Assembly (NCBI GenBank): GCA_001949185.1 | Contig: BDGG01000014.1 | Location: 1,271,378-1,335,377, forward strand | Source: Ramazzottius varieornatus | Taxonomy: Eukaryota > Animalia > Tardigrada | Length of the DNA stretch: 64,000 nucleotides | Direction: 5' to 3' | In this document: positions 11,934 through 23,659 of the stretch, in pieces | Position numbering within the stretch: position 1 is the stretch's first letter | Layout: the number at the start of each line of letters is the position of its first letter | The notes under the pieces: generated by a model | What the model was told of the DNA's origin: nothing | The model's input: only the letters and a program-made list of their open reading frames with translations | Database searches by the model: none | Position numbers and translations under genes: made by a program

Positions 11934-14900
11934 ATGATGAGTACCCGCACCGAGAAGAAGGTTTTGCAGCGCTCCTACTCGTCCACTTCCTTTCCGGCCA
12001 ACTACCTGACTGCCAATCAACAGCCTTCGGATTTTCATATTAGCTCATCAACACACCAACACAGAATCGGTTCCAATCATAACTTCAGCAATCCATATCA
12101 ATCGTATCATGCTGTGGACCCTATTCAGGCGCTATACGATGACATTCAGCAGACTCGCTTGTCGCACGCTCATCTAACGCAGTCACGACCGCCACCAGGT
12201 ACCAGCCGCCTTCGCTATAATTAGTCGAGATTTTCATCTCAAGTGGCGCACCTTCTCAGTGCTAATGACTGGCTGCGTGCGCTTCTTGGCAAAAGAACCT
12301 TGTACATTTGTATGTCGGCTTTCCAGCTATAAAATGACCGTTGTTTGATAAGGCACAGTATTTACAGAGAAGCAAGCCAGCTTTCGGACCTTTCATCCCA
12401 GCTGGCAAGAATCCATTTTTGATTCTATATCGTCGGTCCATCGCTACGACGCACCCAAGGCACATTCTTCACAGATTGGAGAGCAGTTTGCCAGCCCGAA
12501 GAAAGAAGACAGAGGGCAGACATCTGGCAGCACTGACTGGTCTTTCGGTCGCTGGGAGGTAGGCTCCCCCTTGACTGGTGGCACTCCTTGGCGTTTAGCG
12601 CCCGAAGAGAAGGCTCAGTTATCCGAGGACTTTGCCAAGTTGGTGGCCGACGCGGCGGAAAAGCGGCGGGCCAGTCTTCCCGCCAGCTCGATCCCCACAC
12701 CGGCAGACCTCTGGCCTTCCGCCTACACTTCGCCTTATCTGGCCAATCCTGCCCCGCCTCTAGCCAACGGCTTCTCCCACAGTGCCACCACTGCCAGCAG
12801 CAGCCCCTGGAGCAGCCTGCAGAGTTCCAGTAGCAGGAGCAGTAGTCAACGTCGCTTCGTCAAGCCGGCAGATCGTGCCCGTCGGCGAACGCTGCAGACT
12901 TACAGTGGCCTGAGCGCGCCCAGCTTATACGAGGAAGCCGAAGAGGGCGCTGATTCGCTGTCTAACTTTGGGTCGTCTCGGCGAAATAGTCGAAACTACT
13001 CCTCCACCACCACCACCACAACAACTGACAGTCTCGTCAGTGTCAATCTTGACAGGTATCGCCAAACAGAGCAAAGGTCCAGCACCCGCAGCCGTTTCTC
13101 CGAAGCTCCACAGCCAACGATGGGATGTGTGGCTTCGCGGGCGGCTGAAAGACCACGTCGGCCCAGTTACTCTGACGCCCTGTACAGCAGCCGATCGTCG
13201 TCGGCCTTTCCTTCTTCCAGCTTGGGTGTAGCCAGCAGCGACGACAAGTCTTTTGAGCGCTTTTTCACTACGGCTGCTGCTCGGCCTTCCCTATCATCCG
13301 ATAGTTCTGTTGTTGATCCACATTCCACTTGGTCGGAAGGAGGTCTGCCACATCAACAAGAGGAAAGGCAGCAGCTTCTGCCCAGCAAACAGTCGCACTC
13401 TTTCGATCGACATCAGTCTTTGAAGCTGCTGCAAGACATTGAGCTACGTCGCAACTTGCACCAGCAGGACAACATGGCCAGCGATACTAGCAGCAACAAG
13501 AGTGCCTATGTCAGTCCATACGTCCGAGCCCGCTTGAAGGCCCAAGAGCCGGCCAGCCAGCAAAGTACGCTAATTGCTCAACCTTCTACGCCGCAAGGCG
13601 GCAACGGTCACAATACTGTATCCCGCCAGGACAGCCGTCATGATAGCAGCGCTACCTCCAAGCCGGCGGCGGAAAGCCCGTCGGCCCTCACTTCCTCCAG
13701 CCGCAGTGGCAAGCAGACAGCAGCCGGCAAACGGCGCCGAGACCCACGCTTCCTATCGCTGGTGGACTACAACGCCTTCTTACCGGACGAGAAGACTGAG
13801 AATGATGAAGGTGCAAGGGCTCAACAGCACAAGGAACAAGGCAGGCCATGGGCCACAGCGCTTCCTGCCACTGTCTCCAGCCTGCCTCTGGTCCCTGTCC
13901 CGGTTAGCGCCCCCCGCAACCCCAAACTGCCCTACTCTCACTCCTTCGATGTGACCTTTCCACTACCGCACATTGAGTTAACGGAAGCTGACCAGCGTCT
14001 CCCCAGTGACCAGAAGGTAGCGGCTGCAACGCTGGCTGATGTGCCGCCATCATCACCAGAAGCTATCGACAGTGGTAGCAGCGCTTTGCCACTGCCCTTT
14101 GTCCCACAAGATGGCGCTACCCTCTCCATCCTTTTTCAAGGCAGTCATTCGCCCAAAGAGGACTTGTCGCTACCTCAGCCCCGTGAAGCCAGCCACCTTT
14201 CCCTCGGCGGCAGGACCGATGGCCAGCAACTGACGGAAAGCACCCTACTGCCCAATGGACACTCGCAACGCCTACCATTCAAAAAGTCGACGGGCAATAA
14301 AAGCTCCAGCGGCGGCAAAACTGTCTTGGCTGACGGAGATGGCCATCTCTTGTATCGCCCTGGCGACATCGTCGGCAATTGTATATCCTCGTCTCCTTAA
14401 CGTCAAATACGGCTGTTGTTGACGCCTTCTTCTTTACAGATGAAATATTGGGTACTTTAGGAGAAGGAACTTTTGGCAAAGTTGTCCGCGCTAAAGCATC
14501 CTTGATAGCGTAGGTACTCATGTGCTGTGACCGCGTGCCGTAACTGCATCGTTCTGTTTACGAAACACTTATGTCATCCAACACATGTGATGGCACTGTT
14601 TAGAGACCCCAACACTGGAGAAGAGAAGCAAAAGGTGGTGGCACTCAAAGTCATTCGCAATGTGGAAAAGTACCGAGAAGCGGCAAAGTTGGAAATCAAC
14701 GTCCTGCGAACCCTCAAACGGAAAGATCCCACCGGCGTATAGTAAGCTCTGCCGACGGTTGACTGACTTTCTTCTGTTGTTAATGAGCTTCAATCCTAAG
14801 CGATCGCTTTCTGATCTTACAGCCTCTGCGTCCAGATGCTGGACTTTTTTGACCATTACGGCCATATTTGTATTGCCTTTGACATGCTAGGCAAGAGTGT

Positions 14901-16505
14901 CTTCGACTTCCTGGTAAGTCCTCATTGCTGATTCTCCAGACAAAGGAGAGCCAGCCTTGCCGGTACCGAACTAACGCTGCTTTGCAGAAGGAAAATGGCT
15001 ACAGTCCTTTCCCCATGGAGCAAGTGCGCTACATCATTTACCAGCTCTGCCACGCAGTTTCCTGTAGGCACTGTGAAACAGTAACACAATGAAGATGATC
15101 CTTTAAAGCTCATCGCATTCTTCTTTTCTGTCTATTGTGTCTTGGCTGTAGTTTTGCACGGATGTCAGTTGACCCATACCGACCTCAAGCCGGAAAACAT
15201 GCTCTTCGTCAGGGACGAATATGACCTTGTGGCCAACCCCTCCAAGGTCAGCTCATTCATTCTCTGTCTAGACAGGCTCGCTGCTCCAGCTGCTAGAATA
15301 TTCCATAGCTGTATATCTGACCTTTCGCTGTCGCAGTGTCTGATTATGTAGGGCAAGCGAAATAGCGCCGAGGTCTTGAGGGGAACTTACTCAAGTGGCT
15401 CGCCGGTACTGCGCCGCGTAAAGGATGCCAGCATCCGTAAGTTGTCACTTTATCACTCCAGTACCTTATTCGTTACGAGGGCTAATTGATATGATTTTGT
15501 GTAGAGTTGATCGACTTTGGCTCTGCGACGTTTGACGATGAGCACCACAGCACGGTCATCTCAACCCGTCACTACCGGGCACCGGAAGTCATTCTCGGTA
15601 AGTCATCTGCCACCAGTCGACAAGGTGCAGAGAGCAAACAGATGATGATGCAAACCGTTACCCTTACAGAGCTGGGATGGTCTCAGCCATGTGATGTCTG
15701 GAGTATCGGTAAAGTAGTCTTCTCTTTCTTTTGGCAAGACTCTAGTCTTCAGTGGACACTGTATCTCAAAGACGATGTTTTATCTTCTAGGCTGCATCCT
15801 CTTCGAGCTGTTCACTGGTGTGACCTTGTTCCAAGTAAGTCTGCCCAAGTGCCCAAGGGTAATCAGAACAGATTCATCTTCATCTCGTTCAAAACAGACT
15901 CACGATAATCTGGAACACTTGGCCATGATGGAGCGGATCCTAGGTCCATTGCCTCACAGGTTCGAGCATCTTTTCCAGTACAACCGCAATTAACTGAGAA
16001 ATACTTCAAGGGTGACTTATTTACAGGATGTGCAAGCGAACAAGGTAGGGCTGCCAATCGATCGTCATTATCATATATCTGTTGCTGATAGATATTAGTG
16101 GGGAGTTTTGAAGCTGTGTGATTTTGTGAAGAACGCCCTTTTACGTCGATGGAAAGTTGGACTGGGACAGCCGAAGTGCCGATGCCCTCTATGTCCGCGA
16201 CAACTGCAAGCCTCTAATGGTAAATTTGTCCTGCTTCTTCCTTTTCCATCTGATGCCCTCCAGAAAATAATGAGGGTAATTTTGTGGCATAGCGGTACGT
16301 GAACGTGACGCAGGAGGATGAGCGCCATCTCTTCGACCTGATCAGTCGCATGCTGGAGTACGAGCCCAGCGCCCGCATTAAAGTGCAGGACGCTCTGCTT
16401 CACCCATTCTTCGATAAGATAGAGGCCTCCAAGAAAGTCAATCCCGCTCAAGCTCGTCGCAGCTCTTCTTCACAAGAGGCCACCAGCCAGAATAGTCGGC
16501 TATAG
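11934..16505 (+). CDS. Doa: LAMMER dual-specificity kinase (Doa/CLK family) with a long low-complexity N-terminus
   Basis: [38 protein letters not shown] and [11 protein letters not shown]. Exon 11934-12198 splices in frame (phase 1) to a 2013-nt exon at 12368-14380, then to short kinase exons. The 5' structure is less certain than the kinase domain. Confidence 0.93.
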
Positions 16506-16838
16506 CGCGTCGGTCAAGAGCGCTGGCCGTCTTCGATGGCTCATCTGTCTATTCCGGTAAGCTAAAATTATGCATGTTAACTGTGATAGAGCGCTGTGAC
16601 GCTGTATGTCACTATGTCAATGCATCGATGTGGTGATGAACACCTACTCATCATGTGCATACGATCCTTTTGCTCATTTTGATCGCTTGATGGATATGAC
16701 CGTCTAGTCAAACTGCAAGTAGTGGAAGGCTTTTGCAATTTTTATTATCAGGGCTGTGCACACGTCTCATGTGCACTGTATAAACAATCTGACTATACAG
16801 CATCTGCAATGACTGAGCAAATTTCCACTGTAGCAATC

Positions 16839-17459
16839 CTATCCAGAGGTCATCGGAACAAAATTTGGGCTGGCACTGTCGGGTAGGGGCTTCAGTACCG
16901 TCCTTCCTTGTTGGCTGAACATGGTATTCAGTTCTGGGAGAGGCAAATGCGTACTTGGGTTTAATTGGCAGGTCGAAAAGAAAAGTCCAGGGGCAAAACT
17001 TACGACTTAGGGGAACCATGACCATCCCAGGGGCCAGACCTTGGTACAACACGTAAGGACCGCTCGTTCCCAACGAGGCTAAAATAACGTGATGATACAC
17101 ATCTGGGTATAGCGAACGTTTGTGGTAATATTCTTCCCAGTGTAGTCGCAGCGACGGTGGATGGCCGTCAACATGTACTTACGAGGAGGTGGTGCGTAGC
17201 CGTAGACATATGTCAACTGGCCGTTGGTGGCCGCCGGTGTGTCAGCTCGCTCCTGGATCATTGGCACCTGTCGCTGTATCTCGACAGCTTCGTCCCTTTC
17301 TCTGACAAGGTCCCACAAACTTCCTGCAACGGACGGCAGAAAAGATTTCAAATAGAACCAAAGCACTTCCCAACCAAAGTACTTACTGCCGTCGGCATTC
17401 TGGATGAAGAGGCATGCGGCGACCAACAGGCCGGTAATACATAGCGAGGGACCCATCAT
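16839..17459 (-). CDS. Orphan secreted protein, 127 aa, 4 exons
   Basis: Exons 17459-17387, 17323-17183, 17078-17004 and 16933-16839. All three donors are GTAAGT, all phase 1 and frame-consistent. Signal peptide MMGPSLCITGLLVAACLFIQNADG; contains YVYGYAPPPP. Confidence 0.75.
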
Positions 17460-18424
17460 GTCAAAAGTTTCTCTTATCACCTGGCCCAACTAAAGAAATA
17501 CGACTTTCTGATGATTTGGACGACTGGCTTCTTCTTCTGGCGAAGGCTCTGTTGTCACCAATGACCATTTGAACAAGCATCGCAACTAGAGCAAATTTTG
17601 CATCAGACGAATACTCTTGGATGGACGGTCGAGCGAACAATCGGAAGATCGTCAGGTCGATCACCATTGCATGATTATTGTCTGTCGTTTAGCCTCACCG
17701 CTTGTTAACATTGGTATATTCAAGACTTCATTGTGTCCGTGCGGTATAATGGCATTATTGCTGGTTTTTAAAAAAGTAGACCACCGGACACACCTATTTG
17801 CCTTTTTGATAACTTGACCTTAATAACCACTGAAACATCACATGACTCTTGATAGAAGAATTTTATGAGATGACTTTATTGACGTTGACGTTCCGTGACG
17901 GCGGACGGAGCTTGGATGAAGACCTTGTCATTCTTTGCCAGGCCTCTTTGACTGGTTATTTTAGGCCCTTTGAGATAACGATAGATTTGCAGCTTGCCTG
18001 GGCGAGAACGGGAGCTCGAAAGAATGGGCTGAATGCTACCGCCTTTTGTTTTTGACTTCCATCATCGATCTATAGTCTATCAAAGTTTCCTCAGTTTCAT
18101 GTGCACTCATCTAACGGCGTTTCGGTGAATGGTTCGTTTCACCGCCTTATCTTTCTTAGTGTTCAAATTCATGTTTGCGGCAGATGATCTTATTTACAAG
18201 GGGTGTCTTTGAAATATTGAACTTGAATTTCTTTTCCAACTGCTACTATTATTTTGGTGCAACGAGGACAAATGGCAGCATTTTCTTAACACAAAATTTA
18301 GAGCAGATACAGCAGAAAGAAAGTATTTAAAAACCAGGCACAGGTTACGTTAGAAATCTGAGCGTAGGAGAAAATTCTCTCCGTGAGAGAGAAAGCAATA
18401 TCAAAAGACAGAAGTAGCAAGAAT

Positions 18425-19741
18425 TTAGCGAGCGGTTACCGAAGGAAGTCCAAATCTGTTCAAAATGTAGTTGGGAACTGCAACGAAGGTAGACGTAAAT
18501 ATATAGTAGTGTTGGGAAATTTTAATGAAGTACTGTAGCTTACGTGGTAAGTAGGGAGAGAAGACAATGGGATTGGTCAGTTGTTGTGATGCTAAAGGGG
18601 CATAGGGAAGGTACTGGACTTGTGTGTAGTATCCGTACGGAACCCCTAGAGAGAAAACTTAAATGGTGAAACAAAACTCCTCAGCCAACCGTCACGCATA
18701 TTACCTCGAATGGTTTGCGTAGCATTGGTACCAGTGCCAGTGCCAGTGCCAGTCGCGGTACCGCCACCAGTACCCATCATATCCGATCCAGTCATACCCG
18801 TTCCCATCATACCCGATCCCATCATACCCGATCCCATCATACCCGATCCAGTCATACCCGAGCCATAGCCGCCATACGATCCCGACGAGCTGGGTGGGCT
18901 GTAGTACGAGGGTCTTGCAGTTGTGGCGGGGTTGGAATAGGAGTTGGAGCCGTAGGAGCTGGACGAAGGAGAGGCTCCGTAGGAACTTGCCGTACTGGCG
19001 TAGCCCGAGCTGCCGTAGCCGTTATTACCATTGCTCGAAGAGGAGCCGTAGCTGGATGGCGATGCCCCATACGGACTTTGGGAAGGTGAAGGATAGGGGG
19101 AAGGAGCGGAGGAAGCTGCGTAGGATGGTGAAGCGCCGTAGGACGAAGGAGCGGGTGTTTTGTAGGTGGAGGTCGGGGTTGTGACGACAGGGACCGCGTA
19201 AGTCGAGGTAGTGGCAGCGGCGTATGCTGATGCATATGAAGCGGAAGCACCAGCGCCGCTGCCGGTAGCACCACCGGCAGGGGGAACAGCAGCCCCCGCC
19301 ATGGGCATTGCGGCTCCAGAGACAGCCGAGGTCGGCACTTGCGCTTGTTTGTCTGCTGCCGAATCCATTAAACTGCCGATACCCGCTCCGCCCTTGACCA
19401 CTTCTCCTCCAGCCGGATTACTGATGATCTGAATGTTTGGGTCTTCGACTGGCAGGGCGTCGTTACTGGTGACGGCTACCGCCGAAGTGGCGGCACTGGG
19501 CTGTACGTCCGCCGGAGTGGGGTCTATTGGGGCTTTCGACGTTGCCTTCATAACAAGCAGGTCAGCTTGGCGAGCTTTTAGACGATCCGACACTAGAACA
19601 AAGGCCACATTTCCGCTTTATCATCTGATATTACAATGTCGAAGGCCTCAGAAGAAACCTACTGGGAAATCTGGCTGCTGCGCTGAAGCGGAGGCATAAT
19701 GATATTCCAATGATGGAAAATATGATCCTTGGAGTAGTCAT
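18425..19741 (-). CDS. Orphan secreted low-complexity Ala/Ser/Tyr/Gly-rich protein, 373 aa, 4 exons
   Basis: Exons 19741-19663, 19592-18705, 18645-18544 and 18477-18425, all phase 1 and frame-consistent. Signal peptide, SSYG(A/S)S repeats, GSGMM repeats, TG repeats and a Tyr/Pro-rich tail. Confidence 0.8.
18731..18861. repeat. Coding tandem repeats: about 6 x 15-bp unit acccgatcccatcat (GSGMM) and a (ccagtg)n run (TG)
   Basis: Directly visible tandem units. Confidence 0.9.
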
Positions 19742-20746
19742 GATTGGGTAACGTACCCTGTGAGGGTCCTTGATTGATACCGCTATCGCCTGCTTATATC
19801 CAAGTACAGCCGCTTTCTCTCTCAACCAGCCGAATATTTTGCAAAATCACTACATCGACTGTGACTGTAAAGTTCTCACAGAATTCTGTGTGGAATTAAA
19901 AACCAGAGCTTTTAAATTTTGATCACTATTGATCACTAGTACTTTCACGGTGTTGATATCGGTTCACATGAGAAATGCGTTCGCTGTCAGCGTTTTTTGT
20001 TCGAAGGTCGCGATTGCGAGCTTGCTATTGACCGTGGGACCTATATTTGCCATGCCCAGTCAGTTCGACCAACAACACAACCTTCAGTTGTCCCTACGCT
20101 TGAAGAGCGTACGATTTTCAGCTTTTGTTTAGTCCACTGTTTTGTGAAACTAACACCTCGCTTGCTTGCTCTAAAGAAAGGATAATTTCCCTAGGTGGGA
20201 AGATATTCTGTTTGCACAGCGTATAGCGTGTCTTTTTGTGATTTGTGTGATGAGCGTGATTATATCTGCCATGAGTTATGATGGTAGCTCAATAATGAAG
20301 AACGTCGGAGTTCCGACTTCTGAGCACAAAGCGAGATACACTCATGCGAACAATGACATCAAACTTGGGAAAGTAGAGCAGTGCGCCACGTTTGCCGCTA
20401 GCAAACTGGCCGAAAGTTCGATGATCTATGCCTGAATTCAGAAGAAGGCTGCAGTACTGCAAATCTGGTCTTTTGTTATACTGTAATGATGGAAAAATGT
20501 CAAAGAAGTGTACGTCGACAGGCTGGCTCTTGGTATAATATAATCGTTTGCTTGAAACATTTCGCAGTGTATGAAGTTAGACTGCCTGGTAAAAATCGTT
20601 TTCGCGAATGGAATGTTAACGAAAGCGACAATGTTTTGAAAAGGAGGTGACTTATGAACAGATTCTGGTTTTTGATCGTGCAGTGAATTCCGTAACGAAG
20701 AAGTTATACTATGGTACGATTCAGAGATCTGAAACTGTTCGAATGA

Positions 20747-21798
20747 TCATCGTCTTCCGTAGCCGCCATGCGACCCAGAAGAAACGTAGTTGTTGCTGGC
20801 ACCGTATCCGTAGTTGGAGTTCGTGTTGGTACTAGCAGTGGTGGTAGCAGTGTTACCGCCGGTGTTGCCACCAGTGGCGTACGCGTAAGAAGCTCCAGGT
20901 ACCACCCTAAACAGACAAAAGGAGGTCATGGTCCTTCCTGCCAACTCAATTTGAAACCTCAAGCCTTACCTGACATTAGGCGCCGTTCCTGGTACTTGCA
21001 GACCTAATCCGGCTACGCCCAGTCCGGCAATGTTTCCTGCAATAGTCGCCATGGATAGTTGTCGGACAATATGACCGGGTGTCAATGATGATTGCCTACC
21101 TGCATTGGCCGCGAAATAGACTCCAGAGTTTGCCGCTAGTCCGGCGTTATTGCCTAATCCGGTAGCAGTTGCTGCTGGTGCGACAGTGGCCTGTGTGCTC
21201 GTAGGAAACAGTGCCAAATAAGGAACCAAGGGCCCGTTGAAGGCGGCAATGCCGACGGCTGTCGAATCTGCCAGGTTCAGGGGATTGGTTCGGTAGATAT
21301 TTATCACGTGCTGGTTTCCTGTTCGCTCATTGAAGGCGTTGCGTATAGGACCGCTAAAGCCCGCGCCGTTTTGGAAAGAGAAAGGATATAAACCAGTTGA
21401 TACGGGTGATCCAGGCAAGGTGGCCAAGAAGTTGGTGACGTTAGTCTGAGTGCCTGTGGCCCCGGTAGCGCCAGCGGCATTTCCCGCATTGTTGATGTTG
21501 CCCAACGTCACAGGCAACTGGATCAAGGGAAAGTTAACTGCAAGTCGAGAATATTCATCCCTTGTTCGTTTTACATAGTTATGCAGCAGGGAGATGCCAT
21601 ACACCTACCCAATTGGTTATTAGCGTTGCCCGTTACAGCGTTGTTGGTGGTGGGATTGCTGTAGGAAGGGGGAGCGGCGGACCCGTAACTTGATCCATAC
21701 CTGCTGCCGCCGTACTGACAGAAGACCGATTGAACCAGCAGCGTCCAAATACCCACAAGCAACAGATTCCGCCGTGCCGATCCCGTCATTCTCGTCAT
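20747..21798 (-). CDS. Orphan secreted Gly/Ala/Asn/Tyr-rich protein, 305 aa, 3 exons, ending GGYGRR
   Basis: Exons 21798-21609, 21537-20970 and 20906-20747 are frame-consistent. Signal peptide ...LLLVGIWTLLVQSVFC, then QYGGSRYGSSYG. Confidence 0.8.
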
Positions 21799-23117
21799 TC
21801 TCCCGAATATATGGCTGCTGCTGCTATTGGAACTGGACTCAAATCAGTGGCCAGAATCAGCTAAAGAAGCGGAATGCAGGTTAGCGCGCAGAGCTGACCC
21901 AGAGTCTGACAGAAGCTTCACGTTTGCGAGGCGGAAGACGAGGTCGTGTAAGCGCTGAAAGCAACTCGAAATGAGATGTCCGCCTGCTGCCGACGATGTG
22001 GCATCAATTACGCATCCGACCGCCTCCTGCTAAGCATCACTGCAACCTGACATCTAACAGAAAGAAGAAGAAAAAAATGAGAAAAGAAGACCGACGTGTG
22101 ACCATTCGCACAATCTATCGTTGCAGTGGTACAGGTGACGGTTACGACAAGGATCAACAGTAGAGGGCGTGCAGCAGAGCTGCGGGGCTATTAAGCTCGT
22201 TTTAGCTCGCGCGCGAAATCTGCCTTTTTCTAGGAAAACGCAAAACAGGGTTGTGTAGCGCACGAACCTGGATGAGCTTTTTGTAAGAACCTCATAGAAG
22301 AAAGGCGAAATGAGCTAAACGAGCTAAATAGCTCCGCAGGACTGCCGTGCAGCATTCTTTCTGCAACATTTGTTGACCAGCTAATTATTAACGGCTGCGC
22401 TTTCGCAAACGCTCCGATGACCACCTCAGTCTTCATGCTAAGAAGGATATCTTCCCGGTCTTTGTACATTTACTTTCGCTTTGCTAATAGAAAGCTTTTC
22501 GTTGCTGTGGATAGTGGCTACTGGGCTATAATGAGGTTCCAGTCGACAAGAGAGGTTCCGAAGAAAATGGGGGACTTAAAGGTCCTCTGTCTCGTCAGCT
22601 GGACGTTCCAAATACGTGGGCGTTGGGCGATATGGATTAGACGATGATCACTACGAGGTAAAGGTCGTGAACTTAGCCGCCCCATACCGGGTTTGTAAAG
22701 TTAGCCACGGCTGTAGCGTCTATCGCTTGATTGTCAGTCTTCGCTTCTCAACATGTGATTCAACGTTTTTTTAATTGCGGATCTCTTGGATTCTCCGAAT
22801 CTTCAAGTTGACTGTACCTAAGATCATTTCATAGCCCATTATTTTATCTATCGATCTATCTATAAATATTTGGGAGTAAGTAGGAGAGAACAGGCGAAGT
22901 TGGACGGCTAACTCTACAAACCCGGCATGCGGTGGCTAACTTTACAACCTTTCCCTCGTACCCATTCTTTTGCTGTTTCATAACTCAAGATTGCTTCTGC
23001 TTCTCGTCTGCTTCTGGCGGCAAGAGCCAGCAAGATACGTCGTGCCAAAGAGAGACGGTGCGATTTCGTCACTTCAAAGCCGAGAAGAGCAGTCTGCAGC
23101 TGGTGGTCTTACTTGTA

Positions 23118-23328
23118 CAGTACACGCACGACGGGAAATTACGGGGCCAGCAAAAATTATGGGACCAGGCGGAAAAGACGGCAGAATCGAAAGCCAAACG
23201 TAGAAGAGTGTCCAAAAGTGCGTTACTACAAATCGGTCGTGTATGTACGTGCTTCCTTACCGCCGTAGCGAAAAGGCCTGGTCCCATAATTTTTACTGGC
23301 CCCATGATTTCCCGTCGTGCGTGTACTG
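23118..23328. mobile_element. MITE copy 2 (211 bp) with TA target-site duplication
   Basis: TA|cagtacacgcacgacgggaaattacggggccagcaaaaattatgggaccaggc ... gcctggtcccataatttttactggccccatgatttcccgtcgtgcgtgtactg|TA. TIRs are about 53 bp with CAGT termini. Confidence 0.92.
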
Positions 23329-23659
23329 TACATAACAGGGCGCACGGCCCAACGTACAGCAGCATGCAACCATTCCGTACGTCTTTGGCTATCTTGAGCC
23401 TCAATGTACTGGATTTGTACCGAGCTCAGCAGATAAGGCCATCCGCTGGACTTGTGTTCCAACTTGCGGGAGGCTCGAAGAACAGCAGGATCGTTTTTCT
23501 TTGCTTCTTTGCTTCCGCTTGCGTTGAGTCGTAAGATCTCCATATCGGCGCTTCGATCCACTTGGAGGAGCTGCACGGTCGGCTATCGGGATCTTATCGT
23601 CAGTCTTATATCCCTTTGTTATCCATTCCGACCGCCAGAAAACCTCAACCAGCATCAAA

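Noticed and set aside
18731-18861. Regular repeats as a CRISPR-like array
   Set aside because: There are no unique spacers; these are in-frame coding repeats in a eukaryotic gene.
22932-23576. Overlapping 110-200 aa ORFs on both strands
   Set aside because: They run through the palindromic MITE and the Mlc promoter, and show no transposase or other motif.
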